A stretch of DNA of 61,541 nt, the filler included, from Circinaria calcarea (lineage: Eukaryota): NCBI GenBank assembly GCA_051942165.1. It is 11 parts of 11 records of this genome, joined end to end, with 100 filler letters (N's around TTAATTAATTAA, not from the genome) between each part and the next. Parts side by side here need not be neighbours in the genome. Positions count along the whole stretch, not along the records: positions 22,487 to 27,992 come from JAVECS010001882.1; positions 28,093 to 33,594 come from JAVECS010001883.1; positions 33,695 to 39,193 come from JAVECS010001884.1; 8 more parts are not named here. One strand, 5' to 3'. The notes below the pieces were generated by a model that worked only from the letters and a program-made list of their open reading frames with translations, made no database searches and had not been told where the DNA came from. The first letter of the stretch is position 1; every line of letters starts with the position of its first letter. The position numbers and the translations under genes are program-made. This document shows, piece after piece, positions 25,690 to 39,293 of this stretch.

Positions 25690-26845
25690 TAATACCCCTG
25701 GTACCATTGATCGGGCAGATATGAAAAGAAGCCACACGGAGTAATTTACCTCGACGGTCATGTAGTACAACGATTCAGTTACGAATTGACACCGAGGCAC
25801 CGGTGGAGGCCATCGTGTTCAAGGACGGGTCAGCAAACGGGATATCAACTGCGGAATGCATTCGCTTCGTTTGATCAAGGTGGAGAATGCAGGACTATTC
25901 GCGCTTGGGAGGTTTTACTTTGCGCAGGTGAAATGCAATCACCGCATTTTCGGAGCCTTCGAGGATCGATTCAGTATTGATCTAATCATCGGCCAGCCCT
26001 TTGTAGGAGAGGACATGCAGGACCATGTCATGGTAGACGTCAGCTTCGGGAGCAATATACCTGCTCCTAATTCCCTCAAGGATCCTACAGCCGCTACAAA
26101 AGCTTTTGCAGAGTACCGGGAACAGAGAGAAGCATCCACGACGCTGAGCACCTATTTAGCAGCCTTTGTACCTTGTGTTGGTCTGGTTGGTGATGGAGAA
26201 GATACTGAGCTTAGATAGCTTCTTGAGGATTAATTCGGAAATCGTGGGCTCTCTTCCTATTCATACACAACAGCAGCAGTACGATAATTTACGCTTAATC
26301 CTAGGGGATCCTAACGAATCTTCCATCTAGCACTTATTCGCACTTATTCACTTAACCACCCCGCTCAGGTAAACCCTAACTAACACTCGTTTAGCCAACT
26401 ATAGAACCATCTTCGCCTCGTTGTCACATCCGGTCTTAGGTGACTTCGTCCATATAACTCCGCCAGTCCCAGGGCAAAGCCAACTCTGGATCGCAAAACA
26501 GTTTCCCCCATCCACTCAATGAGGAGATTTTTGCTCTTCACCTGCAATACCTCAGCTCTCTCATCCAGACAGAGCCACTGGTCTCCCTGCTCAAAATAAT
26601 TGCCCGAGGATCTCGACAGGTCACAGATTTCAACTGCGCGATCAATCGGCTCAACACCTTATCACACTTGTGGTACTTGTGCGATGATGCCCAAGAAGCT
26701 TGGTTATGTTGTCAATAATCAGCTCAGAGTGTATAGTGTAAGTTACTATTGAGCGGTAGATGCTAGCTTTTCCCCGATGAATCCTAGAGGCAATCCGGAC
26801 CACTATGTATGCGATGGCCGGCAGGTAACCAATATTATTACCGGA
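25690..26845 (+). pseudogene. Degraded GMC oxidoreductase (C-terminal part)
   Basis: Remnants VGEDMQDHV (consensus VGENLQDH), LSHPVLGDFVHI, YHTCGTCAMMPKKLGYVVNNQLRVY...*AVDASFF; many stops and frameshifts. Confidence 0.75.
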
Positions 26846-27172
26846 GGCATTGTGTTTAATCGATCTGACGGTCGGACGTCAATCATTAGCTAGAATATGT
26901 TAAAGTCTTCTCCCAATCATCTCATCCCTTACTTCATATCTCGACACGCCCTCTATTCCACACCATTCCACCCATGACTCCCTCCTCCTACCCTCTGGCT
27001 TCACGAACTCTCCACCTAATCCAAAGAACTCTCCAATGATCTTTCCAACAGTCTCTTATCCCGCTATAGCTCCTGCTATGGTAATTAATGTGATGGAGCG
27101 ACTAAAGTTGGCATGCACAAAGTGGAAAACCCATTTTGCACCAAAAAACCTTTTTTGCGGATGTTTCGATTC

Positions 27173-27992
27173 ATGCAACCGTATGTGGGCTTCGCGGCCA
27201 GCATTGAGATTCTAGCCGCTGTTGTCGCGAACAGCTCCAAGACACTTTACGACCTTCGAAATCAGCTGAAAGGTGTCCCAGAAGAGGTCAGAAGACTCAT
27301 AGGAAGCTTCACGGTCTTGGAGAAATTGCTTGAAGAGATTCAAGCTCGACTGAATGAGTATGAAGACGTGCGCGTGTCACCAAGACTACAAGAGCTATGG
27401 ACAGACTCCGCTGCCCAGATGCAGTAAGACATGGAGGACTTTGGGATCGTTGTGGCCACACTTCATTGTTTCAGGAAGGTCCCCCACTTTCTTCAAAGAG
27501 GATGCGAGTACGAATTCGCCATTACTTCAACGAAGACACCATTATAAAGTATCAGCGAAAGATATCTGCTCATGCTTAGGCTTTGAGGCTAATCCAGCAG
27601 TTAATGAGCGAGTAAGTACTACTGGGTCTTAGTTCAAGTGACTTGATACTAATTACATGTGTGATACGAGTTGAAAACTCGATGCAATTTCTTAGAACAC
27701 GAGCAAACTTATGAATGTAAGCAGCACTGGATTACAAGCCGTCTGCTTCAGGATGTTCAGCATAGAATTATTTGACCATGGAAGCCATCACTGGCAGCAG
27801 GTTCCATTGGCTCGAATCGAGCATATGCTGAACAATTAGGTTCATTCCAATAAAATACCGAGACTTCACTTATCGCAGCCGACGAAGGTCCAGATTCAAT
27901 CCTAACGTGGGAGCTACTATCTACTACAGCTTTAAATCCTACTCTCTGCCAATCGGATCACTGCACATACACGCCTTCGGAAGGCGCCAGTC
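27173..27992 (+). pseudogene. Pseudogene of a HeLo-like/SesA N-terminal-domain protein
   Basis: MQPYVGFAASIEILAAVVANSSKTLYDLRNQLKGVPEEVRRL, then TAA at 27425-27427, a frameshift, and RVRIRHYFNEDTIIKYQRKISAHA*ALRLIQ. Confidence 0.6.
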
Positions 27993-28665
27993 NNNNNNNN
28001 NNNNNNNNNNNNNNNNNNNNNNNNNNNNNNNNNNNNTTAATTAATTAANNNNNNNNNNNNNNNNNNNNNNNNNNNNNNNNNNNNNNNNNNNNGAATTTGG
28101 GAATGCTGTATAGTATAGTATAGTATAGTTTAGGCACTCTACATGGTATTCATGCCTTATACTCCGGAAAACTTTGCACTGCCTATCGCTTGCGATGTAA
28201 ACAAAATCTTTCCCTCAGCAATCACCGTACGTGTCATAGTGATAATTGTCAAAAACCATGATTCCACTGACTACCTTATGCTTCTCTCCTATTCCGCTGT
28301 TCTAAACCGCAAAGCCAGAGGACAAGTACAAGTACAGGCACAGGCACACCCGGCAGTGCAACGGCCTGATTCCCATTCCCATTCCCATCCCCGTACCTTT
28401 CATTACGTTCCATGTCGTCTTGGTTTTCCATTAAACACCCCCTTCCCGGCCTGACTTCCGTTCATGTCATGTCCGTTGAGTCATGAAAACGCCTTTCCTT
28501 GTGTTTCTATGCCCGAAGTCCCCGAGTACCAAAGAAACCCTGGTCTTCCATCCTTCTCCCTTGTCACGGCAGGGAAAACCGACCAAGCAGACTTGACAAA
28601 AGTAGTAGGAAAGAAGCAAAAGCCTAGTAGTAAAGGAAATGCCGGAGCAGCGAAGAAAGTTCATC

Positions 28666-30809
28666 TTAGAATATTGTGCCAAAGGAGCTATCGGTCGGGA
28701 GCGCCTTACGTGGACTCCCCTTGTTACCATCCGTGTCGACGGCAGGTTTACGGTGTCTAATTTAGCACAAATCAAGTCAGTCATTTTCTATCCGGAAACC
28801 CAAACATGTCACATGGACAATTAGTTCTCAAGACGAAACATACCTAAAAGTAAACCCAACAAATAGCCCCTTCGCCATCTTCTCATCCCGATCCGCCATA
28901 TTTTCCAGTGCAGTCTGCTTATCATGCACCTCCTTATACTTAGCCATATCCGCCTCATTGCTAAAGTCATCAAAGTAGCCCGCATCGGTTTCCGAATCTA
29001 ATTCCGGCACAAACGGCGCTCGCTGCATTCTCAGTTTTGTCCAGTCGACTTCCGCGAAATATTGGTGCCGATGTATTTCCGCGATACCCCCAAACCGTTT
29101 GTCGGGAGCGGCGACGAGTCGGCAGAGGAGATCCCAGGTGCGGGGACTGAGGAAATAGTTCGGGTCGTCATATTTGGGTTTCTTAAAGACTTTCTTCCAG
29201 TGCCGCAGGTTCGACCATGTCTCGTCGACCGTGGAGCCCGCAAAGGGAGGATAGCCTGCGAGACCTTCGAAAAGCATACAACCCAAGCTCCAATAGTCGA
29301 CTGTAAAGTCGTACTCTTCTCCCTTTAGCACTTCCGGAGCCATATAATCTGGAGAACCGACGATGGATTTCGCATAGTTGACTTCGCGGTCTCGGAGAGA
29401 GCGGTAGCCTTCCCGACGTTCAGCCATGGAGCGTTGTTCGGTGGGCCGGCCAAAGGGAACCGAGATATTGCCGACTTCTTCCAGTTTAACGCGCATGGAT
29501 TCAATCTTGATGGGGGAGAGCATGCCCGCTGCGAGGCCAAAGTCGGTGAGTTTGACATGGCCAGTGGCGTCAATAAGGAAGTTTTCAGGCTTGAGGTCAC
29601 GGTGAATATAGCCGAGTTGATGGAGGGCGTCGACGCAAGAGAACATTTCGGCAATGTAGAAGCGCGCGTGACGATTGTGAAGGACGCCAGTATTATTCAG
29701 TAGAGTACGAAAGTCACCTCCCGGTACGTATTCCATGGCGAGGTAGATGCTCGTTTCATCTTGAAATGCGTAGAGAAGCCTTACAAGCCATTCGCTCTTG
29801 GCTGCTGTCAAGATATCCCTCTCGGTCAAAATGTGGCGAATCTCGTCCAGCTTGAACAGTAACTTTTTACTCATGACTTTTAAAGCGCACACCTCCTTTG
29901 TGTCCTTTTTCGAGGCCAGAAAAACCTGCCCATATCCTCCTTGTCCAACCTGGGTGAGGATTTGGAAGTCTCCTTGACGAAGTCTCGTTCGACGTTTGCG
30001 CAGGTTCGCTCGTTCTCTGCCGAGGTATTTGTGCTTTAGTGCTTCATACTCTTCGGCGGGTGTAGCTGGCGGAGGAGGGTATTGTGCGTCGAACTGTGCT
30101 TGTCTGGTTTGGCGAACATGTACGTAGCTTAAGAGATCAAAATAATAATCGAGGAAGTCTGAAACTTGGTCAGCTACCATCTAAAGGTCCTTGGGGTAAC
30201 GAGCTTACATAGCTGAGTGACATTCGCGAGCCGCTTAACCTTGGGTAGTTGAAGCTTCTCCAATTCCTCGGGAGTCAAGCCTCGATTTGGGCTATATCGA
30301 CCACGTCCAGCGGTATCAGAGATCTCTTTGGACTGATATGGTTCTTGACGCGACACGGCTGCCTGGTTCGGTGCATTGCTTGTATCCTTACCCGCTCTTC
30401 CCCCAGGTGGAGTGTTCTCTTTGTTGGACTTCCGCAACGGACTTCCTGGTGTGGAGCCAAATCCTTGAAGCGTGCTTTCATCTTGATTCTCGTCGATTGC
30501 CTGTCTGCTGCCCTTGTTCGGCGAATGGGGTTGCAATTGCTGCCGTCCACCTTTAGTCGGGCTCGAAGGCGCAAGCTTCATAGCATTCTCGAATACGTTC
30601 GGTAAGTCGTGTGCACCTGGCGGGAGTCGATTCTTGGAAGGACTGCCCTGCGGGGTGCTGTATGGTGTTGTAAAGCCATGACTCGTGGGCGTTGATGGTG
30701 CTTCATAGAGTGCATTACCTGAACGCGTATGCAGTAAGGGAGGCGGCATGGGAAGTTTGAACTCGTGTTTGTTTGGTCCTGGAGATTGTGGGTGGTTGTT
30801 GACTGCCAT
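28666..30809 (-). CDS. DBF2: NDR-family Ser/Thr kinase Dbf2/Sid2; exons 30809-30209, 30158-28844, 28756-28666
   Basis: LPKVKRLANVTQLYFLDYYFD, GRERANLRKRR, GQGGYGQV, HRDLKPEN, DFG, SIVGSPDYMAPE, hydrophobic motif FVGFTFRHRK; canonical introns. Confidence 0.95.
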
Positions 30810-31931
30810 TGTTGAGGGAATGATCAAATGTGATTTCCCAGGTGGAGTTGTAGGCAGAGAGCCTCTCTGACGATGTCTAGCTTTACACTATCTCCTGGTC
30901 TTCTCAAATCCCGTCAATGGCTTTAACATATAGCTAGATATGTAAGAGCATGCGATGGATGGTGTGCCTTATGTACGACATTTTCCGCATCGATAAGAAA
31001 CCCGCCGGCAAACACCCTTGCAAATATCGGCCTTGTCCACCGAGCAACGGGGAAGTAAGGACTCGGCTTCATTGCTATTTACTCATTTACGATTGCAAAC
31101 TACATATATTCCGTAGAGTGTCTATGGCTTGACAGGGAGGTTAACTACGAGATTACTTTTAGCTGCCAGAGAGTCTAAGCTCAAGAAGCATACTGGGTCC
31201 TATGGCAAACCCATCTCACCTGGCCATGTCTATTCTAGTTCATATGACCGCGAAAAACCTTTGGTATTGAATGAGATCAGAACAACGAGAAATATACAGA
31301 TTTGGGGAACATTATATCGAGCCCTTGGATCATGGTATCTAGATGAGCCAATCTTTTGTTGCTGTTAAAGCAACCAAGTTCTCTTCTTCCTCTACCGTAC
31401 TGTCCGTTAACCTCATCTGGACATAGAACGGTAGGGGGTTGACCATCTATCGTTTGACTTTCTCTGCAATTATGAAGAGCATATCGCCCTCAACAAACTT
31501 ATGGCGTACCTCAGCCACAGAACGGCATGGAAAACGGATGAGAACAAGAGCGTCTTTTATTAGACCCCGAATACCTTCCTCGCGCTGTTGGCATCGCGAC
31601 ATCCTGAGAATGTACCTTTATGGCTTACTCTTGAGCTCCCGAGCGCGATCTGCTTGATTTCTGTTCTTCCCGATTAAAGGGGAGGAAGATCATGTTGGTC
31701 CCGGCTTCAACCAGAAATCAGTGTGAGCCTCAAGCCCTAAAGGCTTGGCGCGTCCGGCTACTCGGCTAGCCCCATTTCCTTCATATGGCGCGTTCGCCTT
31801 TCCATCCATCCTACGCATTTCTGCCTCAGCACTCATCTCCTCTATGGTCTTTTTTTTAAAAAAATAAAGCAAGTACCGTGTCGTCAATTCGTGACTATAT
31901 ACTCGGTTTGACTATATCCTGAAAAGCCACC

Positions 31932-33594
31932 ATGTTTTACAGCCACGAGAGTATGTGCCATCTCTCAAGACTGCAACGGATATCACGAAGCTGACCTGCT
32001 CTCTTGCTAAGTCTTGACTTCGCGAAAGTATGGAGTCGCAACTGTGTGGTAAGTCTCTAGGCTTGTTAAACATGATTGCAGTGGACGACTCTTACTCTTT
32101 ACAGGCTTGTGGCCACCCTTGGCTCAAAATCCAACCTCAAGAAGATCAATCGCAAGGCCATCTTAGACGTGGATGTACCAAAGGCATGCGAGACAATCCT
32201 GGCACCAGAAGCTCCCATGGCCTTGAGACTCCAAAGTAACCTGCTGTAGGTGAACCGGAAACCTCGTATGCGTTTAGGCTGACTGTCACCTTCAACAGAT
32301 ATGGCGTCTCTCGAGTCTACTCGCAACAATGTGTGTATGTCTTAATAGATGCGCAGTCCGCTCAGAGCAACATGAGAGCTCTCTTGAAGGTTGTACGGCA
32401 TGCAGATCTAGACCTAGAAGCTGGTAAAACGCGGTAAGGCATAAGCAAACTATTCCAGGCAAGGAGCTGACATCGAACGGCAGACCCGATCAGCTCGTTC
32501 TTCAGGATGATCCTGGATTTCTACCAGACTTCTCTCTCCCAGATCTCGATCTGCAGCTGGATGCACTGGGTACATCCACACAAGCTTCGTCAAAAGATGC
32601 TAGCATCTTATCCGCACAATCTCACCCGTCTAGTCAATCTAGCTACAAAGACGAAAGCCTACCTGGCTTGGTTATTCCGACGTCTGACATAGGCAACGTA
32701 GGCGGTCTTGGCGGATTTCAAATTCAAGGATCCGATCGCGATTCACTTCAGAGAGCAGGGCTTCGAGATAATCTCCTAGAGGAGGAGGGAGGCTTCTTTC
32801 CAGATGTCGACTTCGGTTTCGATGCCGAGGGAAATCTAGTGGATCTGAATACAGAGCAGCAAGCGCCAGAGACTGTTAACAGACCAACCGCACCCGGACT
32901 TGGTAGCGACTCTGCGGCGAGAGCTCAGGTCAGACAGGAACACCAAGAGGGCCTTCAAGCTGGTCAATACGGCGTACGTGCACATCACCGTCATACGTAA
33001 ATTATATATGCTCACTAACGTCAGATGGGTGATGCTATGGATCTTGATTCCGCTCTTCGTGACATGGAAGAGGGTGCCCAAGGTGATGTTCTCCCTCCAG
33101 CGGAGCCATTCCCTGAGACGGCTGCTCCTGCGGCTGGCCAACAGAGCTTCCTCAAGTCAACATCTGTACAGGAACAGGAAGAAGAACATTCAGATTCTGC
33201 GGAAGCTCCTTTGAACCGTAAGCGTAGAGGTCCACGAGTCTTGCCTATGGATGCAACTCAAGAGCTCCGAGCTTCTCATCTTACGAACTGGAATAACAAC
33301 TATGTTCAAAACATGGCAGAAGCATCGTATCAGAAGCTTTCTCACAGAATACCTCATCAAGCAAAAAAGAATGCCGCTGTTTGGGTTTTCGGCTCCGGGA
33401 TTGGAGGAGTAGGCGCCGCTTTAGGGTCATCAAAGCTGCCGAGTCCACTTGACATGTTCGCAGGAGATAGGCTGATGGAAGCTCTGACTGCCGTTGAGCT
33501 TAGAGTCGCTGGAAAGAAGAGAGGTCGTAGCGACGAGGAAGGTCAGGAATCGGAAAGTGAGGGGCGTCGGACTCGGCCGAGGAGTGATGAAGGC
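31932..33594 (+). CDS. REC8: Meiotic cohesin kleisin Rec8 (multi-exon, 3' truncated)
   Basis: Spliced N-terminal Rad21/Rec8 domain MFYSHE|LTSRKYGVATVW|LVATLGSKSNLKKINRKAILDVDVPKACETILAPEAPMALRLQSNLL|YGVSRVYSQQC; later WNNNYVQNM and WVFGSGIGGVG. Confidence 0.88.
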
Positions 33595-34569
33595 NNNNNN
33601 NNNNNNNNNNNNNNNNNNNNNNNNNNNNNNNNNNNNNNTTAATTAATTAANNNNNNNNNNNNNNNNNNNNNNNNNNNNNNNNNNNNNNNNNNNNTCCACC
33701 CTCCCTCCATTTATCCATCCAAAAACGTCCTCAAGACCCCTCCCCAATCAAGAACTCCCAGTCTCCCAGCCGCGAAAAGCGAACTTTACCCGCCTTTTTT
33801 TGCCCAACTTAAATAGAAACCAAAAGGGGAAGTGAAAGCTTGGGGGTTTGTTTCCGGCGCCGCTTGGCCCGATTTGTGGAAGGGGGGGAATGCGGGCCAC
33901 GGGAGGGGAGAAATACTTCTAGCAAAAAGGATCATGCCCGCTTTCCCGCTTCCCGCAAACTTGCACTTGCACTTGCACTTTTATCTGCGCGGTTGTGGGC
34001 GCTACGACTGCGAGGCTTCTCGCGAAGGCGTAGTCATGGGACTATTGCGAGGAGAATAAGAATGAGAGTATTTGGGAGGGCGTGAGGAGGGAGTAGGTAG
34101 GTAAGTTCGTGGGTGAAAAATGTGAGTAATTTGAGAAGTAGGAGAAAAGGTTGAGTCCGTGGGACTTGGACGCTGTAGACATTACTTTGTGTCTGTGTGA
34201 TGGGGGAGTGGCAATAGAAAAAGGACGGGAATGCGTTGCTTGTTACGCCGTCGGACTATAGAAGGAGACCTTTTAATACAGCACGCAGAAGGATGCGCGG
34301 GTTAGAAATTTGGTAGTAAGGTCAAAGGGCGCCTGTTATTAGCAGGACGGAAAACAAGAGGACCAGTTTCGCATGTTGAGACCAGAATTGGCGGTAGACC
34401 GCTTGAGAGCTAACGAGATATCTTGTGATGAGATAGAATACTATAAATAGACAGGTGTGACTGTATTGTATGCTTATGTACTGACAATAGTCAATAGATA
34501 ATGGTTCGGTTAAGAAAAGGAAGAGATGGGCATGAGACTGAATAAGCTGGACGCTGCTCAGATATGTGC

Positions 34570-36936
34570 TCAGGTAAGTATGACTAGACTACTATAATAT
34601 TCGCTTCGTTTCAAGCGCTGCAAAGCACACGTCATGCAACAATCCCCTTGCAAGAAATATCGCCAGACACAGGGGTCGCCATTCCATGGCCCGCATGCAG
34701 CCATGGCCATAGAGAATAGTTGTGCCTCTGGATTGCCCTTTGTGAGTGCGAAGGCAACAGTTTGTTCCCCCCTCTTCCGCGTTCGAAGTTGTGGAGTCCA
34801 GGGTCCTGCCCCACTCATCTGCCAACAACTCTCTACGCCTGTGATGCGGACTTGATCTTCTTCTTGCGTTGCATCCTGAATCGAGAGAGGCTCATCCCTC
34901 CTATGTTCACAAGGAGCAAGTATTTCAAGCGCACAGGCCCCAGTCACAAGGCCGGGAATATTCAGTCGCTCCCGCCTGCCATCCACTGTAACTTCAAGCC
35001 TAAACTCAATCGCCTGAAATCGCTCATGTGCGGTAAAGACTGGGTCTTGGTGCTTGCCAATGTCCGTTGGTCGCAGCGGCCACGACAGGTCACTTGCCGG
35101 CTTTGCCCTGTAGGATTTGTACACAGTTTGCGCTCTCAATTCTCTATAACCGCGGCCTTCGAGTAAGAAGTGGCCAGGCTCGAGACGAAGTGTAAGTCCA
35201 GTATCTAACGGCATAATCGTTTCATCCAAAACCGCGGGGTACAGTACGCAGCAGTCGCTTCCTTGTCCGAACTTCTCATACGATTTCGGATAATTGAGTT
35301 TTTCTGCCTTTCGTTGGTCAAGATCGGCCCATAAGGGATACTTCGTATACATAAGCCCGTATATCATTGAAAGCAATGCATGCACGCCGCCCGTGATAAG
35401 TTCAAGTCGATTTATCTCGATGCAGAGATCATTGACATGGTCGTCTATTGTCAAATTAACATAATAATCTGTAGTGTGGTCCTCCGGTCCGACTTTTCGA
35501 AGTATCTTGCGCCGGCTTGTAAGGCTAACCCTTTGACCGGGACTGATAAAGACAGCTATGAAGCCATCTGTTATCAGAGAGGCTATGTCGCTCACCAGCT
35601 GGCTCTTCCTCCACTCATAGGCCCAATATCCCCATGACTTGTGATTCGGGAACCGATCGTCGTCGAGATGACACTCCTCGAGAAGCTTTCGTACCAGCTC
35701 CTCCATTGTCCAGTCCGAGAAGTTAGGCTCGGCTCCTAGCGTCTGTTGGCAGAATACCGATAGCCGTATGTCCGCTTCCGGACCCAGCAACGCGGCAGGA
35801 CTTAGACGAATCTCAATAGGATCCCCACTGTCGGATGTTTTCCCTTCAAATACCATGAAAGTCTTATGCATACGTACTATTATACTAGCGATTAACGAAG
35901 GAGCGCTCTCAGGGAAGACATATCCATGCTCCATGAATCGAATATTCGCTGTGTCGAGTAGCCAAGACTCCCATGAGTACCTAAAGTGCTTCGATCGAGA
36001 ATCTATAGGATGATGGAGTTTGCTCGTCTCAACATCGATCGTATGTATTCGACTCGGTCCAGAAAGCAAGGATTCGAGCTCAAAGATTGTCTGAACATCA
36101 GGAGCGAAAGGTCTTATGTCATCAGCCCCGTCAATATCGATCATAATGTTCCGGCGCGATCCTTCATGAAGAATTTAATGTTCTACTGTTAGGACGGTAT
36201 CTTCTGGACAGATAAGAAGGCTCAAAGCCGCCAAGGTAGCCGTTCCAGAGATCCCAGTAACACGAAACAAGATCCCATCTTCGCGTAAAGCACGAGATAA
36301 ACCATCAAGGAAGTTGAACAGGCTATCATCAGATAGACCTTCAAGTAATTGAGGGGGCGCATTCTTGGCAAGACTCAAATACACCTGACGTATTCGCGTC
36401 ACTGTTTCCGCAACATGGTGTGTGAACCCCAGAGAGCTCACTTTGGCAAAGATACATGCACTGACCTCTGCGAGCTGAGAAGGACTTGCCTGCCGGATAT
36501 TAGTAATTGTTCAATTTGATGAAGGAAGTAGACTTCTCACGATGTTGAGCTCTCGCGGAAGCATCTTCGAGCAGAGTCTGTGGCACAATTCTCCTACCCG
36601 GCTATCCGAACACAGGTTTTGAAGACCAGCTATGAGTAATGCTATCGACTGTCCGCCAGCAGTATTTGCAAGGTATGACGGAGCATCATTTTTTCGCCAG
36701 CCAACCATGAGCCCTAGTCTTTCCATTCGGTAGGAGTTTGACACACGAAGCAGATCCGGCATCTTCTTGGCATGTTTGCCATTGCACAAGAAGAGATTTC
36801 CGAGTTGCTCCGCTTGGATCAATGCCATTGGTGCCACATTGTCTGCTGTGATGGCAGAAAGTACTTGGGTGAAGGCCCCAAAACCTGCTACCCCAAGAGC
36901 TCCTATATCAGCTTGCAGACTTACGCTTTTAGACAT
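34570..36936 (-). pseudogene. Large uncharacterised fungal protein (~770 codons) with a single in-frame stop at 36177-36175; exons 36936-36541 and 36489-34570
   Basis: ORFs 36511-36936, 36175-36441 and 34570-36144 join via one GT-AG intron and one read-through stop (VEH*ILHEGSRRNIMIDID, same frame). Confidence 0.6.
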
Positions 36937-37860
36937 GTTCGTATATATAAAGATAGAAGTGAAGGGCTAAGGGCAACAAAGCATATCATCCACAGGTAGC
37001 AACGCAACTATATGAGAGCGGCTAAATCCAATTTCTCGCCATCATTTCTTGATGTACATCAGTTGTATACCATACGCTGTTCTCGCAATAGACAGCAACT
37101 CGTATACATCAATAGAGAGGAGTAAGGAATACAGAAGTGAGTTTATCAACCTGGAGCTTCGTATGGTGGTTGTCGACCGAAATGGGCAGCTGCCCACCGA
37201 AGTGGACGGCTGTGCGATGGCTTGCATGGGGGGAGGAGACTGGCCCCCAATTAAGGGTCTTCTTGGCTGGTTCTTACGGATGCTTGCATAATCTGAATGG
37301 AAACGCACAAAGATCCCATATCACTGGTAATACTCGTACTGTATGATTAATTATCCTTTCAATAAACATGGATGTTTTCGTAGCAATCTACTTTCTCGTC
37401 GTCAAAAGTCGCTGGGGCATCCTGACTACGGAAACCACCCCACTACGCTAAGGGAGCATCACAAACCCAGGGGCTACCCGCAGCCGAGCAGTAGTGGCAA
37501 GCCCAGCACTGCAGCTATTTATGACCCTGCAACGACTTTTAGCCATCAGCCACGAGAATTAGGTTCTTGATTTGAGCTAATGATACTTGGGAATACGTGT
37601 GCTGATCAAGATAAGCATCCATCAAAGGCTTTGGGCAACGGCTTCCGCCTCTATCAACAATCCAACAACTTCAGATTGATTGAGAAGATCCAGTAAATAG
37701 AAGATGTATTTTAGGGGACTCGTGAAAGTATAAAACGACCTAGTCCTTCGCAAATACCTACCTGCCTTCTTATAGAAGGACTAATCCTACATAAGCGAAG
37801 CAGAACTGAGAGTTAGCAGCCCCGAATACTTCTCCAGAGTCACGCCATTGGGTCTCCTTA

Positions 37861-39150
37861 TTACTGCAACATTGCCACCAGCAACCTCTCATAATCCCCG
37901 CTCTTCTTCTTCCTAATCTTCTCCACCAAATCCTTCTTATACTTTACCTTATAAGCCCCTTTCACCTGCGCTGTATGCTCCCTGTTCCAATGTAATCTTG
38001 CTACCCTCTCAATTAATCTTGTATCCTTCGTCCCCATAATGGTCATCGTATCATCAAGTAATTCTGCATCCAACATTGCTCGATCAGTGGCAGCTTTCAC
38101 AATTCGAACCAAGGCATTCTCCATGTGGCCGGAGAATTCCTTCTGTATTGTCTGCTCCAGGGAAGTTCTGTACTTGTGCTGGTAGGCATGTGATATTGCG
38201 CGAATCTGACCGTCGCTGCGCGAAGTGAGGATTGAGCAGACGGTCAACTGATCCGTACCATACTGTCCCTCGGTCGCGCGATGAAGTTCGGTCACATCTG
38301 CATCTACGGCTTGTGGCAAAACCGGCGCGGAATCTTCTTGTCTCGTCGCAGATAAGACCATTGAAAAGAGACGGTCAGTCTTTCCAGATAGATCACCGCT
38401 CACTTTAGCTTCAAGCGCTTTATGATATATAGCGTGGTAGGCTTGCTTAATGGCGTTCATGTCTGCATTGGAGCGCGAAAGGAGTACGTCGTCAAGTTGG
38501 TTTTCGTTAGTACCTAGGCCATCAAGGGCTTTGTGCAGGAGGTATGCATCTTGCTCAAGCGGGCCGCGAAGAATAGCAAGCAATGCCTCCCTAAAGTCCG
38601 AGGAAGTCTCATCAGTGATGTCTTTTTCTAGAGAGCGGTGATGTCGTTTTTCGTAGGTAGATTTCAGATGCGTTAATGAAGACGCAGGATAATGAGCCAG
38701 TACACCAATTATTGCAGCCTCATCCGTACCGAAGCCCTTCATCGCTCTGCGGAGAGTATCAGCAGGTACTGTAGCATCTTCGGAAGGGATTGTATTGGGG
38801 CCATAACCCGGACTCGGAAGCGTTGGAACAGTCTGGGAAAATCCGTAAGGGGTTTGTTGCTGAGCACCATAAGGTGCTTGCGGAGGAGGATATCCTTGAG
38901 GCGCATATCCCTGGTTCTGGTTGTAAGCACCCTGATTTTGATTATAGATGGCTGGCGGAGGTGGATATCCTTGCTGTTGATAAGCTTGTGGTGGCTGACC
39001 CTGCGGAGGATAACCTTGCGGTGGATACCCTTGCTGTTGATAGCCTTGTGGCGCAAACTGCCCCGGCGGAGGGTTGAATCCTCTTTCTTGAGGGTATGGT
39101 GAATGCCCTTGCGATTGGTACTGGGACGGTGGCGGCTGATGGTATCCAGG
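37861..39150 (-). CDS. Fungal annexin with a P/Q/Y/G-rich N-terminal tail (first exon lost at the contig end)
   Basis: Annexin repeats AMKGFGTDE, ALDGLGTNE, GQYGTDQ, MGTKD and terminal SGDYERLLVAML; continuous frame from the CAG acceptor at 39151 through QQQGYPPQ repeats. Confidence 0.92.
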   Translation of the reverse strand, partial: PGYHQPPPSQYQSQGHSPYPQERGFNPPPGQFAPQGYQQQGYPPQGYPPQGQPPQAYQQQGYPPPPAIYNQNQGAYNQNQGYAPQGYPPPQAPYGAQQQTPYGFSQTVPTLPSPGYGPNTIPSEDATVPADTLRRAMKGFGTDEAAIIGVLAHYPASSLTHLKSTYEKRHHRSLEKDITDETSSDFREALLAILRGPLEQDAYLLHKALDGLGTNENQLDDVLLSRSNADMNAIKQAYHAIYHKALEAKVSGDLSGKTDRLFSMVLSATRQEDSAPVLPQAVDADVTELHRATEGQYGTDQLTVCSILTSRSDGQIRAISHAYQHKYRTSLEQTIQKEFSGHMENALVRIVKAATDRAMLDAELLDDTMTIMGTKDTRLIERVARLHWNREHTAQVKGAYKVKYKKDLVEKIRKKKSGDYERLLVAMLQ

Positions 39151-39293
39151 CTGTGGAGAGTCTAATTTCCCGAAAATCAGTCATTGGTAGCGANNNNNNN
39201 NNNNNNNNNNNNNNNNNNNNNNNNNNNNNNNNNNNNNTTAATTAATTAANNNNNNNNNNNNNNNNNNNNNNNNNNNNNNNNNNNNNNNNNNNN

